61,117 nucleotides of DNA from an uncultured Candidatus Saccharibacteria bacterium (GCA_964446595.1 CAYUPY010000001.1:4450-65566), one strand, 5' to 3'. Positions 27,879 to 38,178 are shown, counted from the first letter of the stretch. Numbers and translations: made by a program. The notes: generated from the letters alone by a model not told the origin.

Positions 27879-29766
27879 TAGCCCTTCCACAATGGAGATG
27901 GCACATCTAGCACTTTTAAGTCCAGATCTTATGTGTGCTATCGATGAAAAGGGTACTTTAATTGTGGTTAACGATACCTTCGCCAGCATTCTACAGCGCA
28001 AGGATGATGAATTAAAAGGAGAAAACTTTTTTACATTTATTTATAGTGATGACATTAGCGAGGTGGTTGATAAACTAAAGGAATTAAAACCTACAGAGTT
28101 TATCCGCTTCATCTTTCGCTTATCTATCACCGGACAGGGACCCGTCCAAATTGATTGGAGTGCTACCAAACATCAGAACCTAATCTACCTCACAGGAAGA
28201 CAGACTTCGGCGATTGGATTTGACGCAGAGAATACTCTTGAAAATGAATCACTTAACGCCTTTTTGAAATACGCACCTGCCGCAATCGCCTTTTTTGACA
28301 CCAACATGCGGTACCTAGCAGCCAGTCAGCGTTGGTATTCTGATTACAGCATTAAGGAGGAAATAATTGGTAAATCCCACTACGAAGTTTTTCCAATGGT
28401 TAGTGAAGAATGGAAACAAGTTCATGCCCACTGTTTACAAGGGAATATTGCTGAACGTGAAGAAGACAGTTTTGTAGATGTGAACAGCAAAACACAATGG
28501 ATAAAATGGGCAATTCATCCCTGGTATACGAATGAGGGCAAGGTAGGCGGGATTATTATGTTTACGGATATCATTACAGAACAAAAGCAAGGTGAAAGAG
28601 AGCTCCTTAAACGCAACCGTGAACTAGAAAAACTAAAGCGTGCAACCTTAAATATTCTGGAAGATGTGGAAGCAGAAAAAAATAAGGCATCCCAAGAAAA
28701 AGAAAAATTATCTCTAATACTACAGAGTATCGGAGACGGCGTGGTAGTTATGGATCAAGATCAAAAGATATTACTTACAAATAAGATCACTTCTGACTTA
28801 ACCGGCTATTCACAGTCAGAGTTGATAGGGCAGCCCTATTATGAGGTTTTGCGTTTTGTTGACAAATTTGGCAAGCCGTTTACTAAGTTTATAGATGATG
28901 TTTATGAGAGAGGTTTAGTGTCTTCATTAGGCAATGACGTTTCCTTGGTAAAAAAAGACGGAGAGGTCATTGCCGTTTCAGATTCAGCAGCCCCAATTAA
29001 AATTAATGACGTAATTACAGGTTGTATTGTTATTTTCAGAGATGCCACTCAAGAAAGAAAGGTAGATCAGATGAAGTCCGATTTTGTATCTATTGCTTCT
29101 CACCAATTGCGCACGCCGCTCACAGCGGTTAAATGGTATGCTGAACTCTTATCGAGCGAACTAGAGAAGGGTCCAGACGAGCATAAACAATTAGTAAACG
29201 AAATTGTGACTAGCAACCATCGTATGATAATGCTTGTTAATGATCTACTATCGGTCTCACGCATAGAACGAGATACGGATATGAATGTCAAGACTTCTGA
29301 ACTTAATCTTAATAAATTGGTGGAGGAAACCATAAAAGAAAACTCAGCTTTGACCCGTAGCCAGGAAGTAAAAGTCTTGAATCAAGTACCCCAAGATTTA
29401 GAAATTACCGCAGATAAAGATAAATTATTTGAAGTTTTGAAAAATTTGGTCAATAATGGCGTAAAGTATTCATCTCGAGGAGGGCAGGTAGAAGTAGCAG
29501 CAGAACTTGTTCAACCAGGAGGTGAGGGTAACCAAAACGTCAGGATTACGGTGACTGATCACGGAATAGGAATTCCTGAACACCAAAAACCTGAAGTGTT
29601 CCGAAAATTCTTTAGAGCTGACAATGCAACTCGTTTGCAAACTGAAGGAAACGGCCTTGGTCTCTACATAGTCAAATCTTTTGTAGAGGCACATAAAGGA
29701 CAAATAACTTTCGAGTCTGAAGAAGGAAAAGGAACAAAATTTATTGTTACACTGCCTAATACTTAA
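27865..29766 (+). CDS. soluble multi-PAS sensor histidine kinase
   Basis: Three PAS segments, H-box SIASHQLRTPLT, N-box LVNNGVKYS, G1 DHGIGIP, and G2 GNGLGL. The ATG at 27865 overlaps the upstream stop by 14 nt. Confidence 0.9.
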   Translation: MSKLDSPSTMEMAHLALLSPDLMCAIDEKGTLIVVNDTFASILQRKDDELKGENFFTFIYSDDISEVVDKLKELKPTEFIRFIFRLSITGQGPVQIDWSATKHQNLIYLTGRQTSAIGFDAENTLENESLNAFLKYAPAAIAFFDTNMRYLAASQRWYSDYSIKEEIIGKSHYEVFPMVSEEWKQVHAHCLQGNIAEREEDSFVDVNSKTQWIKWAIHPWYTNEGKVGGIIMFTDIITEQKQGERELLKRNRELEKLKRATLNILEDVEAEKNKASQEKEKLSLILQSIGDGVVVMDQDQKILLTNKITSDLTGYSQSELIGQPYYEVLRFVDKFGKPFTKFIDDVYERGLVSSLGNDVSLVKKDGEVIAVSDSAAPIKINDVITGCIVIFRDATQERKVDQMKSDFVSIASHQLRTPLTAVKWYAELLSSELEKGPDEHKQLVNEIVTSNHRMIMLVNDLLSVSRIERDTDMNVKTSELNLNKLVEETIKENSALTRSQEVKVLNQVPQDLEITADKDKLFEVLKNLVNNGVKYSSRGGQVEVAAELVQPGGEGNQNVRITVTDHGIGIPEHQKPEVFRKFFRADNATRLQTEGNGLGLYIVKSFVEAHKGQITFESEEGKGTKFIVTLPNT

Positions 29767-29782
29767 TTATTAATACGCTTAT

Positions 29783-30253
29783 ATGCAAGATGAGTTAACA
29801 CCAGAAACCGAGGAGCAAACATCAACTGAAACTACTGTTGCGGAAGATGCTCAAACTGTTTCAGAGGACGCTCAAGCTGATACCTCTGCTTCGGCTTCAA
29901 TATTAATTGTTGAAGACGAAAGCCCTTTGGCCAACGCTGTGAATTTAAAGCTGAAAAGCGCTGGATTTGAAGTTCACCGCGCAGCTGATGGGGTAGAGGG
30001 TCTAGAGATCTTAGAACAAAATAAAATAGATTTAGTGTTACTAGATCTACTGCTTCCTAATTTAGATGGATTCGAGGTACTACGTCGTATCCGCGAAATG
30101 GGAAACAATGTACATGTCGTGATTACATCAAACCTAAGTCAGGAAGAAGATCGCAAAAAAGCAATGGATCTAGGTGCTAATGATTACTTAGTTAAATCAG
30201 ATATTCAACTTTCTGAATTGGTTGAGTACATTAATAAACACCTTAAGTCATAG
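29783..30253 (+). CDS. single-domain (CheY-like) response regulator with an acidic N-terminal extension
   Basis: ILIVEDE, LVLLDLLLPNLDG (phospho-acceptor Asp), ITSN, and YLVKS. No output domain. Confidence 0.85.
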   Translation: MQDELTPETEEQTSTETTVAEDAQTVSEDAQADTSASASILIVEDESPLANAVNLKLKSAGFEVHRAADGVEGLEILEQNKIDLVLLDLLLPNLDGFEVLRRIREMGNNVHVVITSNLSQEEDRKKAMDLGANDYLVKSDIQLSELVEYINKHLKS

Positions 30254-30281
30254 GAATATCTAAACTAAACAACTTAAACAC

Positions 30282-31958
30282 ATGCCCAACTCCGCACAAA
30301 AAGAAACAATTAAGGTAATTGATTTACTCGTTGAACAAAACTTTATTGATGCGGAGACTGCCACAGAGGCTAAAGAAAAAGGTGGAAAAGATGGCCCTGT
30401 AGCTTATTTGATTGAGCGCGGTAAAATCACCAAAAACTTGGTAGGCCAGGCAATTGCAGAATACTACAAGCTGCCCTATGGTTATCTAGACATTGGTCAA
30501 GTTGACAAGTCAGTATTAGGGCAAGTGCCTCAGCAGTTAGCTTATGAAATGAGAGCTATTGCTCTAGAAGTTACTGAGGAGCAAGCCATTATTGTTACTG
30601 ATTCTCCACACAAAGTTGAGTTAATTAACGAAGTCTTAGCTGAGATTTTCCCTGATCGTAAGATTGTGTTCAAGTACGCACTTCCTGATGAAATTGATGA
30701 AGCCTTACGTGCATATCAAAGCTCAATTACAGAGAAGATTGAAGAAATTCTTAAAGAAAAACAAGGCTTTGCTAGTAAGATCTTCACAGCCATGGTGGAG
30801 GAATCTATTGCCCAGAACGTTTCCGACATTCACATGGAACCCGCTGATGAATATGTGAAAATTCGATTCCGTATTGACGGAAGTCTGGTAGAAATCACCC
30901 GTATTGAAAAAGATATATATGCCAACCTTATCAATCATATTAAAATCTTAGCTAAGCTAAGAATCGACAAGCATTACAACCCTCAAGATGGAGCTATCCG
31001 GTTCAAAACGAAAATCGGTAATGTGGATTTGCGTGTGTCTCTCGTACCTCTATTGGAAGGTGAAAAAACTGTAATTCGTATTCTTTCTAATTACGCACGT
31101 CAACTTTCATTATCCGAACTAGGTTTATCAGAAGTAAGTCGTAGGTTAGTAAGTAAAGCTAGTAAACTTACCTATGGAATGATTTTAACGACTGGTCCTA
31201 CGGGTTCAGGTAAAACTACAACTTTGTATTCTATTTTAAGAATTCTAAATACACCAGAAACAAATATCACTACTATTGAAGACCCAGTAGAGTACAGGGT
31301 TGAAGGTGTAAACCAGATTCAAGTGAATCGTGATAACGATATTACTTTTGCTTCAGGACTGCGTTCGATTGTACGTCAGGACCCGAATATTATTCTGGTA
31401 GGAGAAATACGCGATCAAGAAACTGTAGAAATTGCTGTTAACGCCTCCCTAACAGGACATTTGCTGCTATCAAGCTTTCACGCTAACGATGCAGCCTCTA
31501 CTATCCCTCGTATTCTGGAGATGGGAACAGAGCCATTCTTGTTAGCATCAACCTTAAAGCTGATTATCGCCCAAAGATTAGTTAGGCGCACTTGTCCTTA
31601 TTGTAAAGTGAGTCACGAGTATGACAAACACGAGCTATCTGAACTCGTGCACGACTATAAAAAATTCTTTGAGCACGATTCTGCACGTCTTTATCGAGGT
31701 AAGGGTTGTGATCGTTGTAATGGCACTGGTTTCCTGGGCAGAGTGGGTATTTTTGAATTAATCTACGTCACGGAAGCAATTCAAGACTTAATTCTCAAAA
31801 GATCTTCTGCTAAAGAAATCTGGGAAGCAGCTCGTGATGAAGGTGCTGTGTCTTTCTTTGAAGATGGTCTACTTAAGGTAAGAGAAGGAAATGTAGCTCT
31901 TGAAGAACTTGTGCGAGTTGCCCCTCAAGAGATTGATAGTGAGAGCGTTTACAGCTAA
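30282..31958 (+). CDS. pilB: type IV pilus / type II secretion assembly ATPase (PilB/GspE family)
   Basis: N-terminal GSPII_E_N-like region, Walker A GPTGSGKTTT, Walker B ILVGEIRD, and the tetra-Cys motif CPYC...CDRC. Confidence 0.92.
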   Translation: MPNSAQKETIKVIDLLVEQNFIDAETATEAKEKGGKDGPVAYLIERGKITKNLVGQAIAEYYKLPYGYLDIGQVDKSVLGQVPQQLAYEMRAIALEVTEEQAIIVTDSPHKVELINEVLAEIFPDRKIVFKYALPDEIDEALRAYQSSITEKIEEILKEKQGFASKIFTAMVEESIAQNVSDIHMEPADEYVKIRFRIDGSLVEITRIEKDIYANLINHIKILAKLRIDKHYNPQDGAIRFKTKIGNVDLRVSLVPLLEGEKTVIRILSNYARQLSLSELGLSEVSRRLVSKASKLTYGMILTTGPTGSGKTTTLYSILRILNTPETNITTIEDPVEYRVEGVNQIQVNRDNDITFASGLRSIVRQDPNIILVGEIRDQETVEIAVNASLTGHLLLSSFHANDAASTIPRILEMGTEPFLLASTLKLIIAQRLVRRTCPYCKVSHEYDKHELSELVHDYKKFFEHDSARLYRGKGCDRCNGTGFLGRVGIFELIYVTEAIQDLILKRSSAKEIWEAARDEGAVSFFEDGLLKVREGNVALEELVRVAPQEIDSESVYS

Positions 31959-31966
31959 ACTGCAAT

Positions 31967-33355
31967 ATGAAGAAAAAAGCTAGATGGATAAATCCGCTTG
32001 CCAAGTTGATGGAAAGTATCAACGATCCAGACGGTGGTTTACAGTTCTCATATCAAGTAACCCAAAAGAGAAGACTTTTCGATTCTTTGGCAGCCATGTT
32101 GAGGGCCGGGATCGATATCACTGCTGCACTTGAGAGTTTGCTGCGGGAACGGCGTAGCACTTTTGAAACAAATCTTATCACTCAAATGGTTGCTGACTTG
32201 CATGATGGTATGCCTATTTGGAAGACCCTAGAGAAGTATGACATGGTTCCCACTCAATTGTTGGCACTAGTAAGAATTGGTGAGGAATCAGGTACTTTGC
32301 CTCAAAATATTCGAGCGGTGCAAAGACAGATGACAAAAAACAAGCAGTTTACGGCCAGACTTCGTTCGGCTAGTCTTTACCCTGCATTTGTGTTTGTGTT
32401 GCTAATGGTAGTCACTACTGTGGTCATGGTATTTGTGTTGCCCAGATTGGCCGATGTGTATGACAGTTTTGGCAATGATCTTCCGTGGTATACAGAGGCA
32501 CTAATTACATTGGGAGAGTTTATGGAAAAATATGGGTTAGTTGTTGTACCATGGTTTATAATTCTGACGATTTTAGCTGTTTATTTTGCCTTCTTCCATA
32601 AAAAGTACAAATGGATAGGTGAAAGAATCATGTTTAATTTTCCATTGATTGGAAAATTAGTTATCGAGTTGCAGGTAGCCCGCATGGGTCAGATGCTTCA
32701 TAACCTAACAATGGGTGGTATCACTATAGATAAAGCATTAGCTCTGCTAGTAGACACCACAGACAATCATATTTATCGTAACTTTTACGCGCAAATTAAC
32801 TACGAATTACTTCAAGGTCATACAATCGGTTACGCTTTTCAAAAAATAAAACGCTCTTCTAAAATCCTACCGTTAGTAGCCCAGCAGATGATTATTAGTG
32901 GAGAACAAACTGGAGAGCTTGTACTGTCTTTTCAACAAGTTGGGGAAGAATTTGAACAGCGCACCGAAACTTCTGCCAAAGACTTTGGCACAGTATTTGA
33001 ACCAATTTTGATCGTTGGAGTATGGATAGGTGTAGCATTAGTAGCCTTTGCCGTAATTATTCCGTTGTACAGCGTTGTTGGCAACTTTGATTCTATTACT
33101 AACCCCACCACCGCTTCACCAAACGATCTCTCTACATCTGGTGTCATAGATTTTGGGAATAACAATGACGGTGAGGATGAAGGTGGTGACTCTTTGGAAG
33201 ACATTTTCAATCAAAATAAAACCAGCAGTAGCCAGACATCGTCCAGCACCAGTGTTAGCACTTCAAGCGCAGCTAGAAGTGCGGAAGAAACTAAGGATGA
33301 TGAATTAAGTGGTGTCGAAGAAGGGTCAGATATTGATTTTAGCCCTGACAGATAG
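31967..33355 (+). CDS. pilC: type IV pilus platform protein (PilC/GspF family) with a Ser/acid-rich C-terminal tail
   Basis: Duplicated GspF domain (ESGTLPQNI and ISGEQTGELV), three TM segments, and a low-complexity tail of about 85 aa. Confidence 0.88.
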   Translation: MKKKARWINPLAKLMESINDPDGGLQFSYQVTQKRRLFDSLAAMLRAGIDITAALESLLRERRSTFETNLITQMVADLHDGMPIWKTLEKYDMVPTQLLALVRIGEESGTLPQNIRAVQRQMTKNKQFTARLRSASLYPAFVFVLLMVVTTVVMVFVLPRLADVYDSFGNDLPWYTEALITLGEFMEKYGLVVVPWFIILTILAVYFAFFHKKYKWIGERIMFNFPLIGKLVIELQVARMGQMLHNLTMGGITIDKALALLVDTTDNHIYRNFYAQINYELLQGHTIGYAFQKIKRSSKILPLVAQQMIISGEQTGELVLSFQQVGEEFEQRTETSAKDFGTVFEPILIVGVWIGVALVAFAVIIPLYSVVGNFDSITNPTTASPNDLSTSGVIDFGNNNDGEDEGGDSLEDIFNQNKTSSSQTSSSTSVSTSSAARSAEETKDDELSGVEEGSDIDFSPDR

Positions 33356-33360
33356 ACTGC

Positions 33361-33810
33361 ATGCAACCTTATCTTAAAAAAGTATCAGCTTTCACCTTAC
33401 TTGAGGTGATATTAGTGGTAGCAATTCTAGCTTTATTAGTTAGTGCTGGTTTATCTATTGGCATCCGTTCATTTAGCCAGCAGCAGCTAACGGCAAATAG
33501 GGATCTAGTGGTGAACATGTTGTATCAAGCTCAAGCATACGCCAGAGCAGGTGTGAATGATACAAATTGGGGAATTCGTATTCAGCCAAACAATCAGTTG
33601 TACTTGTTTTCGGGCAACACTTTTGCCACCAGAGATGTAAGTGAGGATGTTATCTTTAACCTAAGTGATACCATAGTGGCAAGCGGAACAACAGAAATTG
33701 TATTTAATAGAGTTTCTGGCTTTCCAGTTAGCACCGCCGCCATCAGCATAGCTGATGGCGGCGAAACTTTACCTATAAACATCAACAGCATTGGGACAAT
33801 TGACCTGTAA
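33361..33810 (+). CDS. minor pilin / pseudopilin (149 aa)
   Basis: Class III signal-like N-terminus KKVSA/FTLLEVILVVAILALLV with Glu at +5. Confidence 0.7.
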   Translation: MQPYLKKVSAFTLLEVILVVAILALLVSAGLSIGIRSFSQQQLTANRDLVVNMLYQAQAYARAGVNDTNWGIRIQPNNQLYLFSGNTFATRDVSEDVIFNLSDTIVASGTTEIVFNRVSGFPVSTAAISIADGGETLPININSIGTIDL

Positions 33811-35563
33811 CCAAAAGTTACCCAGTTTTTCCGCGGTAGAGATTATTATTAGTGTGGCAGTTATTGCTTTTGTTGTAATCACTATTGCAGGTACAATCAT
33901 TGGAGCCACAACTGGTCCAGCCTCGACTGCTGAACAAACCCAAGCTGCTGAATTATTAAATGAAGGATTTACAGCTGTTAAAGCTATTAGGGACAACGAT
34001 TTTGCTTTACTGTTAGCAGGCTCACATGGGCTTCAAAATAACGGTAATCAATGGGAATTAAATGGAAGCAGTGATTCAATTGAAGGCTTTACCCGTACTG
34101 TTTCCATTACAAACATAGATGCGAATACTAAAGAAGTGACAGTAGATATTAGCTGGACTCCACAATTAGGAGGTCCAAAGTCTATCAGTTCGAGCCAGGT
34201 AATTACTAACTACTTAAGAACAGTGGCGATCAATCCCCCTACCGGCACTCCAGTAGACTGGTCAACTCCTCAAATAGTTGGAAGAGGAAACACAACTGGC
34301 AATAACGACGGTCGTGATGTGCGTATAAACGGTAACTATGCCTACGTAATAAATTCTGGGGGTAACAACGACTTTACAGTGTTCGATATCTCAGATATTA
34401 CTAATCCCACCAGCATCGCCACCCTAAACGTGGCTAATAATGCAGCACGTATGGCTTATAGTAATGACTATGTGTATATCTCTTCCAGTGACAACAACAA
34501 TGAAATCACAGTAGTAAATGTCTCTAGTCCTAGCAACCCAAATATTGCTACCACGATTAATTTACCCCGTAATGCAAACGTAAATGGTCTATCAATTCGT
34601 GACAATTACCTATACGCCACGCGCAGCAGAGACACTGGGAACGGCGCAGACGAATTTATTGTCATTGATATTGCTAACCCAAGCAGTCCCAATATTGTAG
34701 GTGGTGTGAACTTAAATCAAACAGTTTTTGATGTTACTTTAGTCGGAAACTATGCATATTTATCTTCAGCAAATAACGCCGCAGAAGGATACATTATAAA
34801 TGTCACTAACCCGACCAATCCTACCACTGCTGGAACTATTAACTTGTCAGGCAACAACGATGGTTATACAGTGGGGGCCACAAGCACTCATTTATTTCTT
34901 GCCAGACTAAATAGTAATGTACATGTCTTTAGCCTCAGCAACCCTACTAATCCTCAAGAGGTGGCTGTTTTTGATGCCGCGGGTAGAGTTGAAAGGATTA
35001 TGTTCGATCCCACTTCAACTTATGCCTTTATGCCAAATAGTCAGAACTATAATATGGACTTTGAAGTGGTGGATATTAGTACTATTACATCTCCAGTACA
35101 AATTGACCACCTAAATACAAATGGCATTCAGTACAGCATGGACTTTGACCCATCACGCAACTTAATAACTTTAGTAGGAAACGCCGATAACGAAGAGTTA
35201 CTGTTAATTTCCGATAAAGTGGTATTGGCCCCGGGCGAGGATCTTTGCAGGGTAAACTATAATATTGGAAGTCAGTGGGCTACAGGATTTACGGTAACTG
35301 TGGTAGTTAATAATATTAGCAGTAGTGACATTAGTAGTTGGCAAATTGCATGGGGCTTTGATGGCAACCAGAACATAATTAACTATTGGAACGCCAATAT
35401 TTCTCAGAGCGGACAAAATGTTATTGGTGAGAACCTTACCTATAACTCTACTATCCCTGCGGGCGGCAACCAGTCATTTGGCTTCCAGGCCACATACTCT
35501 GGCACAAATGGTCCAATTACTAGCGATCAATTTACTGTTAACGGCATTCAATGCGTAAACTAA
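33791..35563 (+). CDS. modular pilin: prepilin N-terminus + LVIVD-type beta-propeller repeats + C-terminal CBM2-like module
   Basis: FSAVEIIISVAVIAFVV, and 6-7 repeats of the type NYAYV...FDISDxxNP. The CBM2-like tail at 35246-35560 runs CRVNYNIGSQWATGF...NYWNAN...FGFQATY...NGIQC. The start is TTG at 33791 or 33800 and is uncertain. Confidence 0.8.
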   Translation: MGQLTCNQKLPSFSAVEIIISVAVIAFVVITIAGTIIGATTGPASTAEQTQAAELLNEGFTAVKAIRDNDFALLLAGSHGLQNNGNQWELNGSSDSIEGFTRTVSITNIDANTKEVTVDISWTPQLGGPKSISSSQVITNYLRTVAINPPTGTPVDWSTPQIVGRGNTTGNNDGRDVRINGNYAYVINSGGNNDFTVFDISDITNPTSIATLNVANNAARMAYSNDYVYISSSDNNNEITVVNVSSPSNPNIATTINLPRNANVNGLSIRDNYLYATRSRDTGNGADEFIVIDIANPSSPNIVGGVNLNQTVFDVTLVGNYAYLSSANNAAEGYIINVTNPTNPTTAGTINLSGNNDGYTVGATSTHLFLARLNSNVHVFSLSNPTNPQEVAVFDAAGRVERIMFDPTSTYAFMPNSQNYNMDFEVVDISTITSPVQIDHLNTNGIQYSMDFDPSRNLITLVGNADNEELLLISDKVVLAPGEDLCRVNYNIGSQWATGFTVTVVVNNISSSDISSWQIAWGFDGNQNIINYWNANISQSGQNVIGENLTYNSTIPAGGNQSFGFQATYSGTNGPITSDQFTVNGIQCVN

Positions 35564-37299
35564 AAGCTTTCTCTGCTGTAGAAATAATTATTAGCGTGGC
35601 AATTATTGCTTTTGTAGTTATTGGCGTAGCAGGAGTCATAATTGGGGCAACTACTGGCCCCACTAATACCTCATTACAAACTAAAGCCAATGAGATCTTA
35701 AATGAAGGCTTTACAGCTGTAAAATCTATCAGAGATAGAGATTTTGCTTCTCTTTTAGCCGGCGAGCATGGGGTTCAAAATACTAGTAATCAGTGGCAAC
35801 TCAACGGGAGTAGCGACATCCAAGATGGCTTTACTAGAAGGGTCAACATCACCAATGTAGATACTAATACCAAACAAATTTTGATCCAAGTCGATTGGGC
35901 TAGTGAGCTAGGCGGTACTAAGAGTATTTCTTCGACCCAAATAATTACTAATTATCGCCGGAGCGTGGAGATAGCACCACCGCCAGGCTTACCAACTACA
36001 GACTGGTCAACGCCGCAAATTGTCGGCAAGGTAAATTTACCTGCGGATGGAAGAGATGTGCGTCTGAACGGTAATTATGCTTATGTGATTACGACAGGAA
36101 GCAATAATGACTTTTTAATCTTTGATATCTCAAATCCTGCCAGTCCTACTCAAGTAAGTTCACTGAATATTGTCAATAACCCGGTACGCATGGATTATGC
36201 GAACGACTATGTATACGTTACTACTAGCAATCTCAAAGAAATAGTGGTGATTAATGTTGCCAATCCTACTAATCCTTCCTTGGTTAGACAAATTGACCTA
36301 CCTACTGGAGCCGATGCTAACGGGTTACGTGTGGTAGGTGAATACTTGTACGTTACACGAGCCTCTAATTCGAAAGCCAATTCAAATGAGGTGACTGTGC
36401 TTAGCCTTTCAAATCCAGGAAATCCAACTGTAGTTGGAGGTTTTAACCCAAACCAGACAATATATGACATTGAGGTGGTAGGAGACTATGCGTATGCAAC
36501 TTCTGCTTGGAACGACGGTGAGGTATATATTTTAAATGTTAGTAACCCAGCCGCTCCCACTAGTGCTGGCACTATCAATCTCCAAGGCAATGTGAATGGC
36601 TATTTTATTGGGCGTACAGGCAGATATCTATTTGTAGGCAGAACAAATACCAATGTAGTTATTTACGATATTCTTAATCCCACCTCTCCACAAGAAGTAG
36701 CTGCCTATACGGTTGCTGGCACTCCGCAGCGAATTATCTTTGATACTAGTGGACAATATGGATTTATTCCGAATAGCACAAATTATAACGCTGACTTCGA
36801 GGTCCTAGACCTTTCAACAATTACTAGCCCCAACCAACTTGATATCCTTAATAATGCAGGCACTCAGTACAGTGCTGATTATGATAGTACTCAAAACTTA
36901 ATCGCACTAGTAGGAAATGGGGTTAACGAACGTTTGATTTTGGTTAAGGATCAAGTAGAACTGGAGCCTGGCGAAGACCTGTGCATGGTTAACTATACGA
37001 TCCAGAACCAATGGGCGAATGGATTCGTAGTTGATGTCAGAATTAATAACGTTAGTAATAATGAAATTAGCAGTTGGAAAATAGAGTGGAATTTTCCAGG
37101 AGATCAGAATATTATTAATTACTGGAATGTTAATCTCTCACAAAGCGGTCAAGCTGTAATAGGGGAGAATTTAGGCTACAATTCTACGATACCGGTGGGG
37201 GGAAGCCAGACGTTTGGTTTCCAGGCAACTTACAGTGGCGCAAATGCTGCTTTAGCGAGCGATCAATTTACTGTTAATAGAGTGCAATGTATAAACTAG
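35551..37299 (+). CDS. modular pilin paralogue: prepilin N-terminus + LVIVD-type repeats + CBM2-like module
   Basis: MRKLKA/FSAVEIIISVAIIAFVV. Same architecture as the upstream gene, with a CBM2-like tail at 36982-37296 (CMVNYTIQNQWANGF...VQC). Confidence 0.8.
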   Translation: MRKLKAFSAVEIIISVAIIAFVVIGVAGVIIGATTGPTNTSLQTKANEILNEGFTAVKSIRDRDFASLLAGEHGVQNTSNQWQLNGSSDIQDGFTRRVNITNVDTNTKQILIQVDWASELGGTKSISSTQIITNYRRSVEIAPPPGLPTTDWSTPQIVGKVNLPADGRDVRLNGNYAYVITTGSNNDFLIFDISNPASPTQVSSLNIVNNPVRMDYANDYVYVTTSNLKEIVVINVANPTNPSLVRQIDLPTGADANGLRVVGEYLYVTRASNSKANSNEVTVLSLSNPGNPTVVGGFNPNQTIYDIEVVGDYAYATSAWNDGEVYILNVSNPAAPTSAGTINLQGNVNGYFIGRTGRYLFVGRTNTNVVIYDILNPTSPQEVAAYTVAGTPQRIIFDTSGQYGFIPNSTNYNADFEVLDLSTITSPNQLDILNNAGTQYSADYDSTQNLIALVGNGVNERLILVKDQVELEPGEDLCMVNYTIQNQWANGFVVDVRINNVSNNEISSWKIEWNFPGDQNIINYWNVNLSQSGQAVIGENLGYNSTIPVGGSQTFGFQATYSGANAALASDQFTVNRVQCIN

Positions 37300-37790
37300 T
37301 TAAAAAAGGTAGTATGGCGGCCACAACCTTATTTGAGTTAATTATATATATTGGCGTGGCCGCCATCATCGGCATAGTAGTGGTAAACCTTTGGCAAATA
37401 ATCCAGCAAACTAACCAGCGTAATCAAGTAGTACAACTAACCACCCATCAAGCAAATAGTGCCATGCAGGTAATGTTATACCTGGTCGAAGTAGCTGATA
37501 GTGTTACTGCGCCAGCCACAGGGGATAATGCTAGTACACTTCAACTCGTAATCAGCGGAGTCAACAATACGATTTCAGTCCAAGGGGATAGACTGCGCCT
37601 AACACAAGGCGCCAGTGAAATTGACCTTACAACCAGTGATTTTAATATTTCAGGCTTCAGCGTTAGTAATGCGGGAAGTTCAAATGACAGTATTCAAATA
37701 AGCTTTCAACTGGCTCCAGATAACCCAGATAACGAACCGAGTCTAGATTTTACATATGTAGCTTCAGGAAATTATGCTAGACCTTACTAA
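37287..37790 (+). CDS. minor pilin-like protein (167 aa)
   Basis: N-terminus ..MAA/TTLFELIIYIGVAAIIGIVV with Glu at +5. An alternative start is ATG at 37314. Confidence 0.6.
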   Translation: MYKLVKKGSMAATTLFELIIYIGVAAIIGIVVVNLWQIIQQTNQRNQVVQLTTHQANSAMQVMLYLVEVADSVTAPATGDNASTLQLVISGVNNTISVQGDRLRLTQGASEIDLTTSDFNISGFSVSNAGSSNDSIQISFQLAPDNPDNEPSLDFTYVASGNYARPY

Positions 37791-38178
37791 ACAAGAAAAG
37801 TTTGACGGCTACATTGCCTTAACAAGTGTGATGATTTTATTAATAATCGTGGGAGTATTTATGAGTTACGGCTTTCTGAATATTATTAGCTTTAATGATA
37901 CTAGTTCAGTAACCCGCGACGCTGTGCAGGCGCACAGCGTCGCCAACTCCTGTGCTGAAATCGCCATCAGTCAGCTTCAGGAGGATTTTACCTATGCTGC
38001 AGGCAGTGTTTACGGAGTGGGAAGTTACACTTGTACCGTCTCTAGTATCACAGGCACGGGCAATACAAACCGTACTGTGGAGACTACTGCCCAAGTAGGG
38101 CTTTCCCTAGTTAGGGTGCAGGTAGTTATTGACACAATTCGTCCAAATGTCATAATAAGCCAATGGGAAAGAATCTAA
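37774..38178 (+). CDS. PilX/GspK-like minor pilin (134 aa, no Glu+5)
   Basis: G/YIALTSVMILLIIVGVF hydrophobic N-terminus and two Cys. Overlaps both neighbouring genes. Confidence 0.5.
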   Translation: MLDLTKQEKFDGYIALTSVMILLIIVGVFMSYGFLNIISFNDTSSVTRDAVQAHSVANSCAEIAISQLQEDFTYAAGSVYGVGSYTCTVSSITGTGNTNRTVETTAQVGLSLVRVQVVIDTIRPNVIISQWERI

